DNA of 64,000 bases from Trichosphaerium sp. ATCC 40318 (taxonomy: Eukaryota; Protista; Tubulinea), in contig JALMLS010000328.1 of NCBI GenBank assembly GCA_038496445.1, positions 64,071 to 128,070 of the forward strand, in the 5' to 3' direction. Under the pieces are notes generated by a model, which worked only from the letters and a program-made list of their open reading frames with translations, was not told the origin of the DNA and searched no databases. Made by a program: the position numbers and the translations under genes. Shown piece after piece: positions 35,951-49,716 of this stretch. How positions within the stretch are numbered: position 1 is the stretch's first letter; the number at the start of each line of letters is the position of its first letter.

Positions 35951-36136
35951 GAAAAGTAAGTTACAGCTAAAATATTATTGTAACCTTTCGCCTACTTTTT
36001 AAAACGTCACTCCCATTAGTAGCGTTCACGTGACTTTCTGTTTTTATGGTTACATAAAGTACTCATACGAGAGGCATTAAAGCTATCCTTGACTACAAGT
36101 GAACTACCAAAGTATAAGTCTAAAAGTAATGTTTAT

Positions 36137-37548
36137 TTATGCTTTTGAGTATGGTATCTTGAATACAAATAATGCTACTCTTCCTGATGGTATAATAAAC
36201 AATAGAAACACCATTGCATATAGATAATCAATAGATACCAAGAATGTTAAGATAAATGGAGAGAAGATAATCAATGAAACACATCTTATAATGACATTTC
36301 TTCTTAAATGTGATAATTTTGTTATACTTTTTTTGCTGTACGATATATCTCCTGTCATTTCAGCTCCTTTGTTAATACCATCTATTATTCTTGTGATATA
36401 TACAAGAGCTAATATTAGCTGAGGTATTAAAGCGAAAAACCATATAAACAACATGTAGCCAATCATAATCCCTGAAACAAAAAATGGTAAGCAAAAAATA
36501 GTGAAGGACTTTGGAGACCTAGGTGACAGGTAGATTATGCTGAGTTTTTTAAAATTCTATTCGTTGTTTATTGCGAAGTAAGATGCTGTCTCAAGAGACT
36601 CTCAAATAGAGTATGGAAAAAGCAAGTGAAAGAGACGTACATCGAAAAAGAGCAGCTTTAACAATATAAGCTGTAGTCGGCACAGCCAATCCCATTGCCA
36701 AAAAGGGTAGGCAATGAGTTCCATAAATGAACTTGAGGATGGATATTTCATGGCCAAAGACAGGACCACTTGGGAGTTTCTTTAACAGCCTAAAATACAA
36801 AACTGTTGGTGCCAAAAAAACCGAAAAAAATGAGAAAAACGTACGTTATCAAGCGTAGCCCCATGTATGTTGTGTATACTGCAGTTGAGCATGATCCAAC
36901 ACCCAAGAGTATAACTAGAGCCAATTGGGTTGTCGCACGAAATCCAGCAGCTATGAGAATACTTGAAATAGTAAACGCTTCAGAACAAAGAACGTCAGAT
37001 AAAGAAAAAAGCATTGCACGTGAAATGTGCCACACAGGTACAATAAGATAAGATACGCACCTACATTTGTGACGATAAAACTTGCTAAAATGGCGTGATT
37101 CTGTTTGATATCCAAGAACGGACGCCAATCAAAAGGAAACAGTTGATAAAGTCTGTAAACCGATACGAAAAACGTGAAGCATCCCAATAGTGCCACAAAG
37201 CTGTATATTGTTATTACAGCAATTGAGGATGTGAAACAAGCGGTATTATCTCCATTTTCGTCAACAAGATGTAAAAGAACGCCATCACCACTCCAACTAT
37301 AAATTATCAGCTATTTAGAGGGACTGACAGCGTTTTGATCCGAATTTAGTGCTTTTACATAAAACAATAATCTAAAATGTACTGTAATTAAAAGGTTTAA
37401 CCCACAATCACGTGTGTTGGCGTAGTATGTATGAGGATTAAATTAAAGTCCAAAAAACGTACCCAGTGCTACAAACGCATGTATCGTTAATACAACTCCC
37501 TTTACCACCACACTCGAGGTATAAAGGCCACTCTGTTATACATGGCAT
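36137..37548 (-). CDS. EGF-like + multipass membrane protein; paralog B
   Basis: Same exon order and motifs as 17653-19146. Confidence 0.75.
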
Positions 37549-38101
37549 GCTAGAAACTGCTTTCGGCGTGCTGAGAAGATGAATAAAGGTCTTTTTTTGG
37601 CGTTTTATCAATTATATTAATTAAGTGCTAAAAAAATCCGTAAAAATCACCAAAGAGTGGCCATTTCCCAATGAAATTGTGCAGGCGGGAGTTTAAGTAT
37701 TTGCAACCCAAATTTGCTATAGCTGGCTAAGAAACTAGATGAAGCAGATGCTCACTGTTTCAAACGTGACATCTAAATAGAAAATCGCAGCCAACAACTG
37801 ACTTACATCCTTACTTCATAGCCGATGAGGTCAACTGTTCAAGAATTTTTGTAGCTGGCTTATCCGGGCCGGACCACGACCAACCCCTTCAAGTTACGGA
37901 GTACTATTTGTTCTTATAGTAGTGATAAGAGAAACCAATGGTATGAGAATGGATACATATTAATAACATATTTATAAGGCATTGTACAAAATATAGTTTT
38001 GATAAGAGTACGAGTGACTGGGATGCACAGGTTACCATTAATCTTCATCTATTTTTCACTTGTCCAATCTGGCAATCTAGTGGCGGCCAAAAAGTCAAGG
38101 T

Positions 38102-38862
38102 TTATGTCAAGTGGTCCAAACAACTATTTGAGATTAAACGACACTTATATATTTCAAGGTGTTCAAGCTTGACCAATGACATAACACCCTCATCTGTTAT
38201 CTTGTCGCTCTTAAAAATAAATAGATGTTTTAGATTTGTCAATGAACTGATACCATCATCTGTTATCAAACTACCATTACCAATACGGATTGAACTTACA
38301 TTGCCAAGCTGTTTAAGCCATACATCTTTTGCATGATGAAGCGAGATTGTGTGTACGTCTTTAAGCGCTTTTATTCCTTCAACAGTAATCTTGTCACACA
38401 TACAAATGTTAATTGTATGTACTCCACTAAGTGCCTTTAAAGAAACATCTGTGATTGGTGTATTTTGCAGATTAATCATGTGAATATTGTGCTTTCCTCC
38501 TTTTACCAATGCTAAGATACCTTCATCATTAATCTTTGCTTGTGATAGATCTATAGTATGAACACCATAAAGACAACCTAAATCATAGCTTGATAGCTTA
38601 ATCCTCGTTAAAAAACTTGTTTTTTTCTACACCTCATTTTTGTGTTTTTAAGCAAAGGACTTCCTTTTAGCGCCCAACAATCTGACCATTTCTTGATAAA
38701 CAAGTAATCAAACCCAACATTATGTCGTATTATGTCATTAAATAGACGAGAGACTGAAGAAGCTGTAATCCGATCTTTTCTGTATAAATAAGAAAGAATA
38801 TGTGTTAACGTCTCTGGTGGCAATAGCTGTATACTACTCTCTTTTCGTAGTTTGTTACCCAT
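38102..38862 (-). CDS. F-box + LRR protein; frame break at ~38604-38632 (29-nt GT-AG intron or homopolymer indel)
   Basis: MGNK...LLPPETLTHILSYL...GSPLLKNT, then LYGVHTIDLS... LRRs in another frame. Confidence 0.7.
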
Positions 38863-38991
38863 TGTAATTTAAATCAAACTCAATAAGCAACTCGCGTTAC
38901 TTGTTTGTCACGTGTTTTTTTTGGATTTGATTTGAAGTTAAGTACGAGAAAAGTAGCCATTTATATCAACTGCCTTGCTGTCCATCATACA

Positions 38992-41498
38992 ATGCGCACA
39001 GCTTGTTTATGTTTTCTGTTGCTGCTGTACTCATCACTCGCTAAAGCAGGTACCCAAGTGTCTTCCTTCGAGTTGTTTTTTAATCTCACTATAGCGCCTA
39101 AACCACACGTGGTTTATTTCCTTGTTGACGATTTGGGATACTACAACACAGAAATAACGAATCCTGAAGTGAAAACACCAACAATTGCCCAGTTGGCTTC
39201 TAGTGGTATTTTCCTTGATCGATTCTACGTCTACAAGGTATGTAAACACAATTAGAGCAACATTCTGTACTCTAGAGCCTTGTATTATCACAGGAATCTT
39301 TTTTTCTTATTTTTTTTTCCAACGATTTGTCACTTTGTGCTACAGTGTTCTTCCGCTCCTTTAAGTTCGCTGTCAGCAATCGTTTGGTGTAGAAACAAGC
39401 CGTCATTTTACATTATTTTAAACGCTGCTAACACTATGGATCTAGTACTGTTCTCCTTCGCGAAGTTCGCTAATGAGGTACTTTTAATATTCCCAGTTCA
39501 GTTTTTAGTGCACTAACAGTATTTAATTCTTTTGTTCAGCGGGCGTTTACCAATTCACGTGAACGAACAGGTTCCTCTGCGATGTATTTTTTTATTTCGA
39601 CTGACACGTGTTTATTAGAACTTGGGTATACCTCACGCAAACGCTGGTGTACCGCCACAAATGACGATATTGCCTGCAAAGTTAAAGAAAGCTGGATACA
39701 GCACATATGCTATTGGAAAGTGGCATTTGGGTGCATCTTCATTTTCAAGGATTCCAATAGAACGAGGGTGAGTTGTTTTAAAAAATATCACGTGTTTTTT
39801 GTATTGCTTATTTAGTTGTTGATAATTACGGGCTACGGGTCTTGTTGCCCATGTGGAACGTGGGTTATTTGTTTCTGTGCTAATATGAATATTGTTTAGT
39901 TTTGATGAGCACTTTGGATTCCTTGGAGGCTCTGAAAATCATTACACTCAAACGAAAAGTATGGGGGATTGTGGACCAAATCCTGATTTGTGGGAGGTTC
40001 TCATTCTTTCCTTCAAACTTCTTATAACAAACGTCTCAATGGCGCTTATCCATCTTCTTAGAATAATCTCCCAGCATTGGGATTGAATAATACAGGATAC
40101 GGTGGGAACAAGTACAGAAAAAAAGTATGCTCGTTAACATTGTATCCAAGAAACCAAGTCATTAATAACTCTACTTTCTAGGCGCTTGAACTAATATCAT
40201 CTCATGATGTGTCAAAACCAATGTTTCTTTACATGGCTTTTCAAACATGCCACAGTACGTTTGTACATAGTGAATCAGTGCATTGACACAGTTGAACAAA
40301 ATGCAAATCAAGTCAATAATTACTTCGTTCTAGTTCCTCTTCAAGTACCCAACAAGTACAAAGAGCTATATCCAGGTTTAGATAACGAGAACCGACAAAA
40401 GTATAATGGAATGTCGAGTTTTGTTGACAACGCTATGGACAAAATCGTAACACTTCTCAAAGAAAAGAATATGTGGAACAATACTTTGATTATTTTTTCA
40501 TCAGAGTACGAGATTTCGTTTCTACACGTGACATTTTGCTGAGTCACGTTTTTTTCTGGTGATTGTTAATGTACCTGTAGTAATGGAGGACCAACTTATA
40601 AAGGTGGCGCAGCAAATAACTATCCTCTCAGAGGAGGAAAACACTCTGACTGGGAGGGCGGTGTTCGTGCTTTAGCATTTGTTTCCGGAGGTTTTATTCC
40701 TTCTGAGACGCAAGGAACAACAGTTGTACGTACAAACACACTTCTACTTAAGCATTTCATTGCTTAATGGTTGTAGAACGGATACATGCATATTTGTGAT
40801 TGGTATACAACGTTATGTAACTTGGCAGGAGCAGATCCTAAAGATGTTGTGCCTGGTCTTCCTGATATTGATAGTGTTGATGTTTGGTCTTTAATAAATG
40901 GTGAAAATACGACATCACCAAGGACTGAGATACCTCTTTCTAGCTTCCCGCGTGAAAACCAACAACCAAAAGCTATTCAATTAATTAAAGGTACAATACA
41001 ATTTCGCTTTTTTCATTATTTTCTTCATTGAATGATAATTAATCACGTGACTGATATTGTTTTTCGAAGGTAACTTTAAGCTCCTTCAAGGCGTACAATG
41101 GGTTTCTGGGTGGACTGGTGTAAGGTATCCTAATGCGACAACAGCTGAAGGACACTATGTTGGTATGCACTTGATAAATGCTCAATCACCTCACCTAATT
41201 TTTTTATAGGTCACAGTATGCTTCACGATTGCAGCTCTGGATGTCTTTTTGATATTATTAATGACCCAACAGAACACCATGACTTGGCTTTAGAACAACC
41301 AAAAATCTTAGAAGAAATGAAGACACGTGCTGCTGAAATATTTACAACTGTGTATAATCCTGATAGAGGTAATGATAATAATAACAAAAGAACAATACTA
41401 ACTTCCATCACAAACTAGGTAACTCATCGCTAAAAGCTTGTGAAGCAATACAAAACAAGTGGTCTGGATTCTGGGGACCTTGGCTTGATGATGAGTAA
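38992..41498 (+). CDS. Arylsulfatase (ARSB/I/J-like), multi-exon
   Basis: Signal peptide; PHVVYFLVDDLG, CSPSRSSLMSGR (CxPxR formylglycine motif), GKWHLG, DNGG, NYPLRGGK, GFWGPW. Confidence 0.93.
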
Positions 41499-41571
41499 CG
41501 TTACTATTGTACTGTGTGGCAAATATAACTCTGTTGAAAAAAGTGAAACTCAGTTTATTTGTTCTTTTTTT

Positions 41572-42729
41572 TTATCTTATTACTTTACATTCGCTACCTA
41601 ATGCCTCAATACCATCTTCTGTTATTGATGCACAAAAACGCAGAACAATAAAGCGTACACCCACCAATGCCTTGATACCCTCATCTGTTATTAATGGGCA
41701 ATAAGATAGGTTGAGCATATGCACACCGGCCAATGCCTTGATGCCTTCATCTGTTAGCAGTTGACAAGAAGGTAAGCTGATAGTGTGCACACCGGCCAAT
41801 GCCTTTACACCGGCATCTGTTATCAAGTTACAACTAGATAGGTTTATGAAATGTACACCATTCAATGCTTTGATACCCTTATCTGTTATTGAGTTACAAT
41901 AAGCTAGGTTTATAGAGTGTACGCCCGCCAATGCCTTGACACCCTCATCTGTAATTGAGCTACAATGTGATAGGTTGATGTTGTGTACGCCCGCCAATGC
42001 CTTGATGCCCTCATCTGTTATTGAATTACAAAAAGATAGGTTAATAGTGTGCACACCGGCCAATGCCTTGACACCCTCATCTGTTATTGATTTACAATTA
42101 GATAGGCCGATATAGTGTACTCCCGCCAATGCCTTGACACCTTCATCTGTTATTGATTTACAATTAGATAGGCTGATATTGTGTACTCCCGCCAACGCCT
42201 TGACACCCTCGCCTGTTAGTGACTGGCAAGAAACCAGGTTGATAGTATGTACACCCTCCAAAGCCTTGACACCCTCATCTGTTAATGTACAATTAGCTAG
42301 GTTGATAGTATGTACACCAGCCAATGCCTTGACACCTTCATCTGTTATTGATTTACAATTAGATAGGCTGATATTGTGTACTCCTGCCAATGCCTTGATA
42401 CCCTCATCTGTTATTGATTGGATGAGTGCGAGATTGATAGTATGCACACCAGCAAGTAACTGCAAATGGCTGTTCTGTGCAGAATGAAATGAATCCAAAG
42501 AGATGGCGGTATTCTTCAGTAAAGGGCTTCCAGAAAGGGTCCTTACTTGAGCTTCAGATGTAACTTTGATTTTATTGTATCCAACGTGGTAGTGGACGAT
42601 ATCTCGTAATAAGCGGCACGTTTGGGCTGAATGGAGCGTAAAAGTGCCTTGTTTGAGAATATGAGCTATAATTTCAACTGGGAGTGCTATGAGCTCAGTT
42701 GTTGTCGTTTTTGTGTCTTTTTTGTTCAT
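41572..42729 (-). CDS. Intronless F-box-like + LRR protein (~12 75-bp repeats)
   Basis: LPVEIIAHIL; repeated ALAGVHxIxLSxCxSITDEGVK. Confidence 0.92.
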   Translation of the reverse strand: MNKKDTKTTTTELIALPVEIIAHILKQGTFTLHSAQTCRLLRDIVHYHVGYNKIKVTSEAQVRTLSGSPLLKNTAISLDSFHSAQNSHLQLLAGVHTINLALIQSITDEGIKALAGVHNISLSNCKSITDEGVKALAGVHTINLANCTLTDEGVKALEGVHTINLVSCQSLTGEGVKALAGVHNISLSNCKSITDEGVKALAGVHYIGLSNCKSITDEGVKALAGVHTINLSFCNSITDEGIKALAGVHNINLSHCSSITDEGVKALAGVHSINLAYCNSITDKGIKALNGVHFINLSSCNLITDAGVKALAGVHTISLPSCQLLTDEGIKALAGVHMLNLSYCPLITDEGIKALVGVRFIVLRFCASITEDGIEALGSECKVIR

Positions 42730-44841
42730 TTCGTGTGAAGTTATTTGTTTTACAGCTATCTTGGTATTGGTTACAATAATGAAAAGCGTGTATTAGTCTT
42801 AGTCAAGCTTGTTCTGCGCAGCTTTGTTTTCAAACTCCGATTGACTGGCTGAGTACGGTGTAAAAATAGCGAGCCTGGTACATATCTGATACTTGTGCTA
42901 AAGGAACGGTCTCGAATTATGGCTTTACGCTTACCAATATGCTGATATTTTTAGATAGTTCTATTTATATTAGAACTACTCTAGTTTAGACAAAGGACTG
43001 GTTTGGCTTGTGTAAAACAACCACCGTACTATCTTGTGGTTGTTGGTATACACTGGAAAGAGGAACCTCAGTTCTTGGCAATAAGATCAAACATCAAAGG
43101 TACATAATCAGCTGGATCAGCATGTGCCAAGTTATGTTGAGTACCAGTCAGAAATGTTTGCAACGTACAAAATTTGGTTTTACTGAAAGCTTAAACTATA
43201 AGTACGTGAGCTTGTTAGGTATACCCTCCAACTTTTAGGTAGTGAATGTAGAAGTGTTGTGCTATCTCAAGTTTTATGTTGTGTCTTAAATGAACCGATA
43301 GAGGACTCCGTTTAAAAAGTAAGCTATGGCTGAACGCTTCAAGGATAAATGATAGACATTGCCTTGTACTTAGGTATACTAACGAGGACTTCACTATCTA
43401 TCAGAGCTGCGAAAGGTCAATCAAACTTAAATTCTATGTCCAAGATAATCTTGAAGCCAGAGGGGGTATTGTTGGTTGTGCCATGTACAATACAAGCGGT
43501 TCTATGAGTTTGAAAGGTGGATAGCTGCACTGGTACTGGCCAGTATACAAAGCGTATTTCCAAGGGCAAGGGAAACAATACGGTGGTACTGTATGTGCTT
43601 TGCGTAGGCAACGTGGAAACGCTTGGAATATTCACGATGCGTGCAAGGATTTGATAGCTATCTCAAAGCCTCTAGCAGAAGAAAAGTGACTCTAACTTGG
43701 TGGATATGTGTTTTCCTAGTTCATGCTTTTCAAAGGTGAGTAGAAGAGTGTGAGGCTTAACGTCCATTGTAGGTTCCTCTAATAGAAAAAACAGAGGTAC
43801 AAAAATAGCTACACGAAACTGCCGAAAGCAGCAGGCCTAGAAGAAGTCAAAGAACAGGCGAATACCTTTAGTTTCATGACACTTCGGAAGAACCATGTAG
43901 AGAATCCACTACATTGTGTACAGCCGCTATAAAATCGAACAGTGGGTTGTAGTTCATACCCTGGTTGCTCATTTCTTTGAGCGTAGTGAGTTCCTCTATG
44001 CTCACAAAATTCAGCATGTGGCGTGCAAGTGCCCCGCCACTGTTTAAGAACGCGATCCAACACTGTAGTATTTGTGCACCTGTAAATGTGAGTGCGTACT
44101 TCTCGCAGTAGTACGCGACAGCATCATCTCTGCCCAGACAGTACGCCAAGAAATACAGCTGACACGCAACACGTGCCAAATATCACGTGAACAAGTTGTT
44201 TCTGTTGTAGCAACTAGCCTCTATCCCTAAAGGAACTGCATATGATTGCAAGGTTTCAGTGCCGAAAAACAGTAGCTCGTTGTATTAAATTGATGTACCT
44301 TGTTAAAGACTGTCCAGGTTTTGTTATTTATTACTTCGTGAGTATTGGTGTTGGATAGCCTCGCTGTTTAGGTGGTAAAGCAAACAATAAATGATGGCGT
44401 ATTTGGAGGACTAACGTGTATGCTCGTAAAGAGTTGTTGTACTAGATGGATGTTAAAAAATAGCTTCACAAATAACGTGCTTTTTCACGTTTCATGTTTC
44501 ACGTTTCTTGCGTTTTTACAGAAAACAAGCACAGCTTGGATTCCTTGACAACTCTATTTGAGTGAGCGTTGTTTCATTTTTTAAAACTCTACTATCTTTA
44601 GTTACCCATCTGTTGTGAACCTTGTTACTTTGTAGGATTTATTACTACCCAACAATTGGATTATTGAACTGACTTTGTTGTAGACAGCTTCTCGTAAAAC
44701 AGTCAAGGCGTGTCAAGGCTTGGCGTCATTCAAAACAAAATACACGAACCACCTGAATTGAGCTTGTACCTATTACCACGAAAAACCATTCATTTCTCAA
44801 TCTTAACTTTTAGGTACACTCCAGCGCTATACGGTATACAA

Positions 44842-45769
44842 ATGGAGTTCATACGAAACTTATTAACAACAAAGAACAGCGAGGAACTAGCGGTGTTTGA
44901 AAACTATGGAAACGAGGTGTGTAATTTGCTTTTCTTGAAGATGTACTAACAACATGTTACAATAGGTAATTACATGTAGATTATTAGACCTTCCTGTTGA
45001 GATACAGCGTATTATTGTTGATTTATCACGTGATGTGTATTTAAAGTGGCCAATTCTATCAAAGTACACAGCAACAACATCAAGGTATGATTACGAGATG
45101 AAAAAACATGGAAAGTGGCAAAAATTTAGAACCAAAGAGCAAAATAGTGGTGAAGGCACTACTTCTTCAAAAATGCAGCTAGTGTGTCAAATGAGTATGT
45201 CACACGGTAAACGACATGGAGATTTTATCACGTGGTATGAAAATGGTCAGGTACATGACCGATATCAGTACATAAATGGCCAACAAGTAGAACACAAAAC
45301 CTGGTTTGAAAACGGTCAACTTGAAAGTCATCAGCACTACATCAATGGAAGCGATGAAGAACAAATAGTTAAAATATGGTATAAAAATGGTCAATTACGA
45401 GAGCAGCATAGTCTTAAAAAAGATAAACTTGAAGGAGACTACAAAGTATGGTACGAAAGTGGTAACCTGGAACGACACTGGCGCTATGTCAATGGAAAAA
45501 TTGATGGAGAGTTAAAAAGTTGGTACGATAAAAATGGCCAGTTATGGGAGCAAACCAGTTATGTTAATGGGAATCGAGAAGGAGAGCGAAGGATGTGGTA
45601 TGTTAATGGCCAACTATTGAAGTACTGTTTTTTTGTCAATGGTAAAATTGAAGGAGAGTACAAGCAATGGTATTTCACTGGCCAACTGGCATGGCATTGC
45701 CATTATATCAATGGTAGACGTGAAGGAGAGTTCAAGTCATGGGATGAAAATGGTAATTTGAATGAATAA
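44842..45769 (+). CDS. F-box-like + MORN-variant repeat protein; intron before the F-box; start uncertain
   Basis: ...ENYGNE|VITCRLLDLPVEIQRIIVDL...YLKWP, then ~8 GEYKxWYxNGQL repeats. Confidence 0.8.
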
Positions 45770-46162
45770 GCCAACTATAGCAATGGACAGCGTATACAAT
45801 CTTGTTCAATGATGTAAACATGCCTGTTTGAAAAGTAAATATGTTAGGTTTTGAATAATAAGTTCTTTTTTTTTCATCTTGAATGTAATGTAATTCGCAC
45901 AAGTGCGCTGTAGTGTTTTTATGACATCAGTGTGCTATTGATAGCCACTAAGACGTTGCCTTTCCTCCCAAACAATCGCGTATTAGTTGTCTAGCTGGCG
46001 CAACGGGTATTCTAATAGCACGTGGTATTGCCAACTTTAACAATGGATGCATCTGAAAACAAAAGACAGCTTTATGTAAAACGCACAGTGTCTATTGACT
46101 AAAATTACACGGTGTCTAAACGATTACTAATGGAAACAGAGACGCCGATATGTAGTGAATTG

Positions 46163-46216
46163 TTTTTTTTTTTTTAGAATAAGAGGCAGCGCGCTAGCGC
46201 CTACTTTATTACATAT
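46163..46216 (-). repeat. Dispersed short repeat with A-tail, copy 2
   Basis: Inverted match to 13306-13356 with an A13 tail. Confidence 0.85.
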
Positions 46217-46373
46217 GGTTTTGTTACAATTCAAGTTGATTACAATGTATTAGAATAAAAAAAAATAAAAAAAAATTATTTTCAATAAGTTTCTTCTCAA
46301 CAGTATACTGATGTAAGACATAAATAGAGTTATTAGTAGCGAGTAATATGATGTAAAGGAAGGAAAGAAGGGG

Positions 46374-46397
46374 TTGGGGGGGAAATTTCCCCCCCAA
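46374..46397. repeat. Perfect 24-bp palindrome TTGGGGGGGAAATTTCCCCCCCAA
   Basis: Read directly from the sequence. Confidence 0.9.
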
Positions 46398-46824
46398 GTA
46401 AAAAGAAAATCACTTTGTGAAACAGAGATGTGCATGGTTAGTTAAAACAATAGATTTCTACGCCTATTCATAGCCACGTGATCTATCGACAAAATTTTCG
46501 TGTGTCATCTGACGTGATGGAGCGTTTATTTATCAACCTATGAAGAAAGAAGCGTGCTCAACTCCTGATAGGAAAACCGACACTCAACGACAGTGGAGAG
46601 AAACGCCATCAATATACTGCAGTTTGTTTGACGAAATCACAAGACAAATACTACAAATTGTTTGTAGGATTTTCGGATGTTACAAATACTTGTAACTCAT
46701 ACTCTCACCACTATGATGACCTCATAGCAATGCTACATTTTGAAAAAATCATAAAACGGCAGCAGTTTTTTTGTAAAAAAAGTACAGAATTCAGTACACA
46801 ACCTCAAACTACTTACACCTCATC

Positions 46825-49433
46825 ATGATGAAGCTCTTCTTTGTTTCAAGTATTCTCATGCTCTTTATACACGTATGTGTAGATCACCAAGGTCTAGGAA
46901 TCATGCGTTAACATTGGTCTAGGTGCAGAATTCAGTATGCCAGCTTAATTATCCAGTTACTGGCATTCAAGTTAACAAAGACTCTCTAAGTGACTATGCT
47001 GATTGGACGCCTTGCGTGAATGTTGCTTGGGGAGCAGAAATAGATTCTGAATTAGCTCAATGCTCAACAGAGGAAGACATAATGACTCTCATGGGGTGTG
47101 TTGGCAGTGATAATAACTTTATCGTCTATGGTACGTGTAAAAGTAAAAGACTTGGAAAAAAAAAAGGAAACAAGCTGCTTGTCATTTTATTCAACCTTGT
47201 GATAACTGAAGCTTGTTTATAACGTCACACTCTCAAACTTACTCTTTTACAAGCAATTGGAAGTACAGAAGTCTTAACACAGGATCTAGCACCACTTCAG
47301 GAGTCAGAAACCCAAACTTTTATAAATGGTGCATATTGGTATCGTGGCGAAAATTCAATTGGGTTCACACCTATAAATACAATTAGACTTATTTCGTGTG
47401 ATGGCAACTTGGACGGACAGTTAAATATGAAATTATGTTTCCATATATTTTTAGGTGGTTGGAGGTACGTTCTTGTTTGTAGTTTGGTTTGAATGCACAT
47501 GCTAATTGTATCAAACAGGTGTGGTACAAGTACTACTATTAACGACTCACAAGGATTCAGAAAGATAATACTTCAAAAATTACCTCTCCCTCCAACAACC
47601 CTATCTCCAACACTACCGCCTACCACATTACCTCCTACAACACTTCCACCGACAACACTCCCACCGACAACTTTACCGCCAACTACACTACCGCCTACTA
47701 CTTTACCTCCTACAACATTACCTCCAACAACATTACCTCCTACAACACTTCCACCGACTACAATGCCTCCAACCACTCTACCACCTACAACATTACCTCC
47801 AACAACACTACCGCCAACTACTTTACCGCCAACAACTTTACCTCCAACAACACTCCCACCAACTTTACCGCCAACCAGTCTACCACCAACCACTTTACCG
47901 CCAACAACTTTACCGCCAACAACACTACCGCCAACTACATTACCTCCAACAACATTACCGCCAACAACACTCCCACCAACCACTTTACCACCTACAACAT
48001 TGCCACCAACAACATTACCTCCAACAACATTACCTCCAACAACATTACCACCAACAACTTTACCACCAACAACATTACCGCCTACAACACTTCCACCAAC
48101 AACATTACCACCAACAACACTACCGCCAACCAGTCTACCACCAACATTACCGCCAACAACTTTACCACCAACAACACTACCGCCAACCAGTCTACCGCCA
48201 ACAACATTGCCTCCAACCACGTTACCTCCAACAACGCTTCCACCAACAACATTACCACCAACAACACTACCGCCAACCAGTCTACCACCAACAACATTGC
48301 CTCCAACAACGTTACCTCCAACAACCTTACCACCAACAACGTTACCTCCAACAACACTACCGCCTACAACGCTCCCACCAACAACACTCCCACCGACAAC
48401 ATTACCACCCACATCGTTACCACCAACAACATTACCTCCCACTACACTATCGCCTACTACTTTGCCACCAACAACCTTACCACCAACCACTCTACCGCCA
48501 ACCAGTCTACCACCAACAACATTACCGCCAACAACTTTACCACCAACAACACTACCGCCAACCAGTCTACCACCAACAACATTGCCTCCAACAACATTAC
48601 CTCCTACAACACTTCCACCAACTACATTGCCGCCTACTACTTTGCCGCCTACAACACTTCCACCAACTACACTCCCACCTACAACGATGTCCCCTACAAC
48701 ACTCCCACCAACCACTCTACCACCTACAACATTACCTCCAACAACACTACCGCCAACTACTTTACCGCCAACAACTTTACCGCCAACAACACTCCCACCA
48801 ACCACTTTACCACCAACCACACTACCTCCTACAACATTACTTCCAACGACACTTCCGCCTACAACGCTGCCTCCAACAACACTTCCACCATCAACACTGC
48901 CACCAACAACACTGCCGCCAACAACGCTCCCACCATCTACACTACCGCCAACGACACTACCACCTACAACTCTCCCTCCAACAACACTTCCACCAATGAC
49001 TCTCCCTCCCACCACATTGCCTCCTACAACGCTTCCACCAACAACATTAGCTCCCACTACACTACCGCCTACTACTTTGCCACCTACAACGCTTCCACCT
49101 ACTACACTACCTCCTACAACATTGCCTCCAACCACACTACCGCCTACAACGCTGCCTCCAACAACACTTCCACCGTCAACAGTTCCGCCTACAACGCTCC
49201 CACCAACTACACTACCGCCAACGACTACAACTCTCCCACCAACAACACTTCCACCAACTACTTTACCACCAACAACCTCACATCCCACTACAATGCCACC
49301 ACCAATGGCATTACCTCCAACTACACAATCACCAACACCTACACCTCCACCAATAGGTGAAGGTCAAATACAGGCACCTGTTTGGCAATATAGAAAAAGA
49401 TGTGTTAGACGACTATCAAAAAATGAACTGTAA
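46825..49433 (+). CDS. Secreted protein: Cys/Trp-containing globular domain + long (TLPPT)n mucin stalk
   Basis: Signal peptide MMKLFFVSSILMLFIH|VQ; exons give NGAYWYRGENSIGFTP...GGWR|CG, then the repeat exon. Confidence 0.8.
47590..49270 (+). repeat. Coding 15-bp tandem repeat (TLPPT), ~110 units
   Basis: Read directly; variation is concentrated at third codon positions of the + frame. Confidence 0.95.
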
Positions 49434-49716
49434 AACCAAATTAAACACTGTACCTTCTGATCCAACCAGACTCCATGAAAATGAATCAATAACCTAGCAT
49501 GAGAAAAGCACATGCTAAAAATTGACTTGCGTCAACACGTGCCATAAGGAGTTTTGAAATACAAAAGCAGTTTTTTGTACCTATTACACTATTTTGGCAT
49601 TATTGTATTTACAAAACTGGTTCAATTCCTTCTAACGTATAATAGACAGTAGCAACATCTCAGAAATAAGTGCACGAGCTTAGGTTATCTGGAAGACTTA
49701 ATAGCTGACTAAGCCT

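Noticed and set aside
41572-42480. 75-bp periodic repeats as a CRISPR-like array
   Set aside because: In-frame LRR coding units with no unique spacers; eukaryotic context
42134-42487. Antisense ORF over LRR repeats (likewise 33687-33911, 55843-56304, 24871-25314)
   Set aside because: Shadow frames of real genes
45767-45769. Stop-codon reassignment
   Set aside because: TAA, TAG and TGA each terminate conserved genes here (Rab, MAP2K, PAXX-like), and conserved exons have no in-frame stops
47573-49288. 571-aa GGSVV antisense ORF
   Set aside because: Mirror of the TLPPT repeat, which lacks antisense stops; the signal peptide and splicing support the + strand
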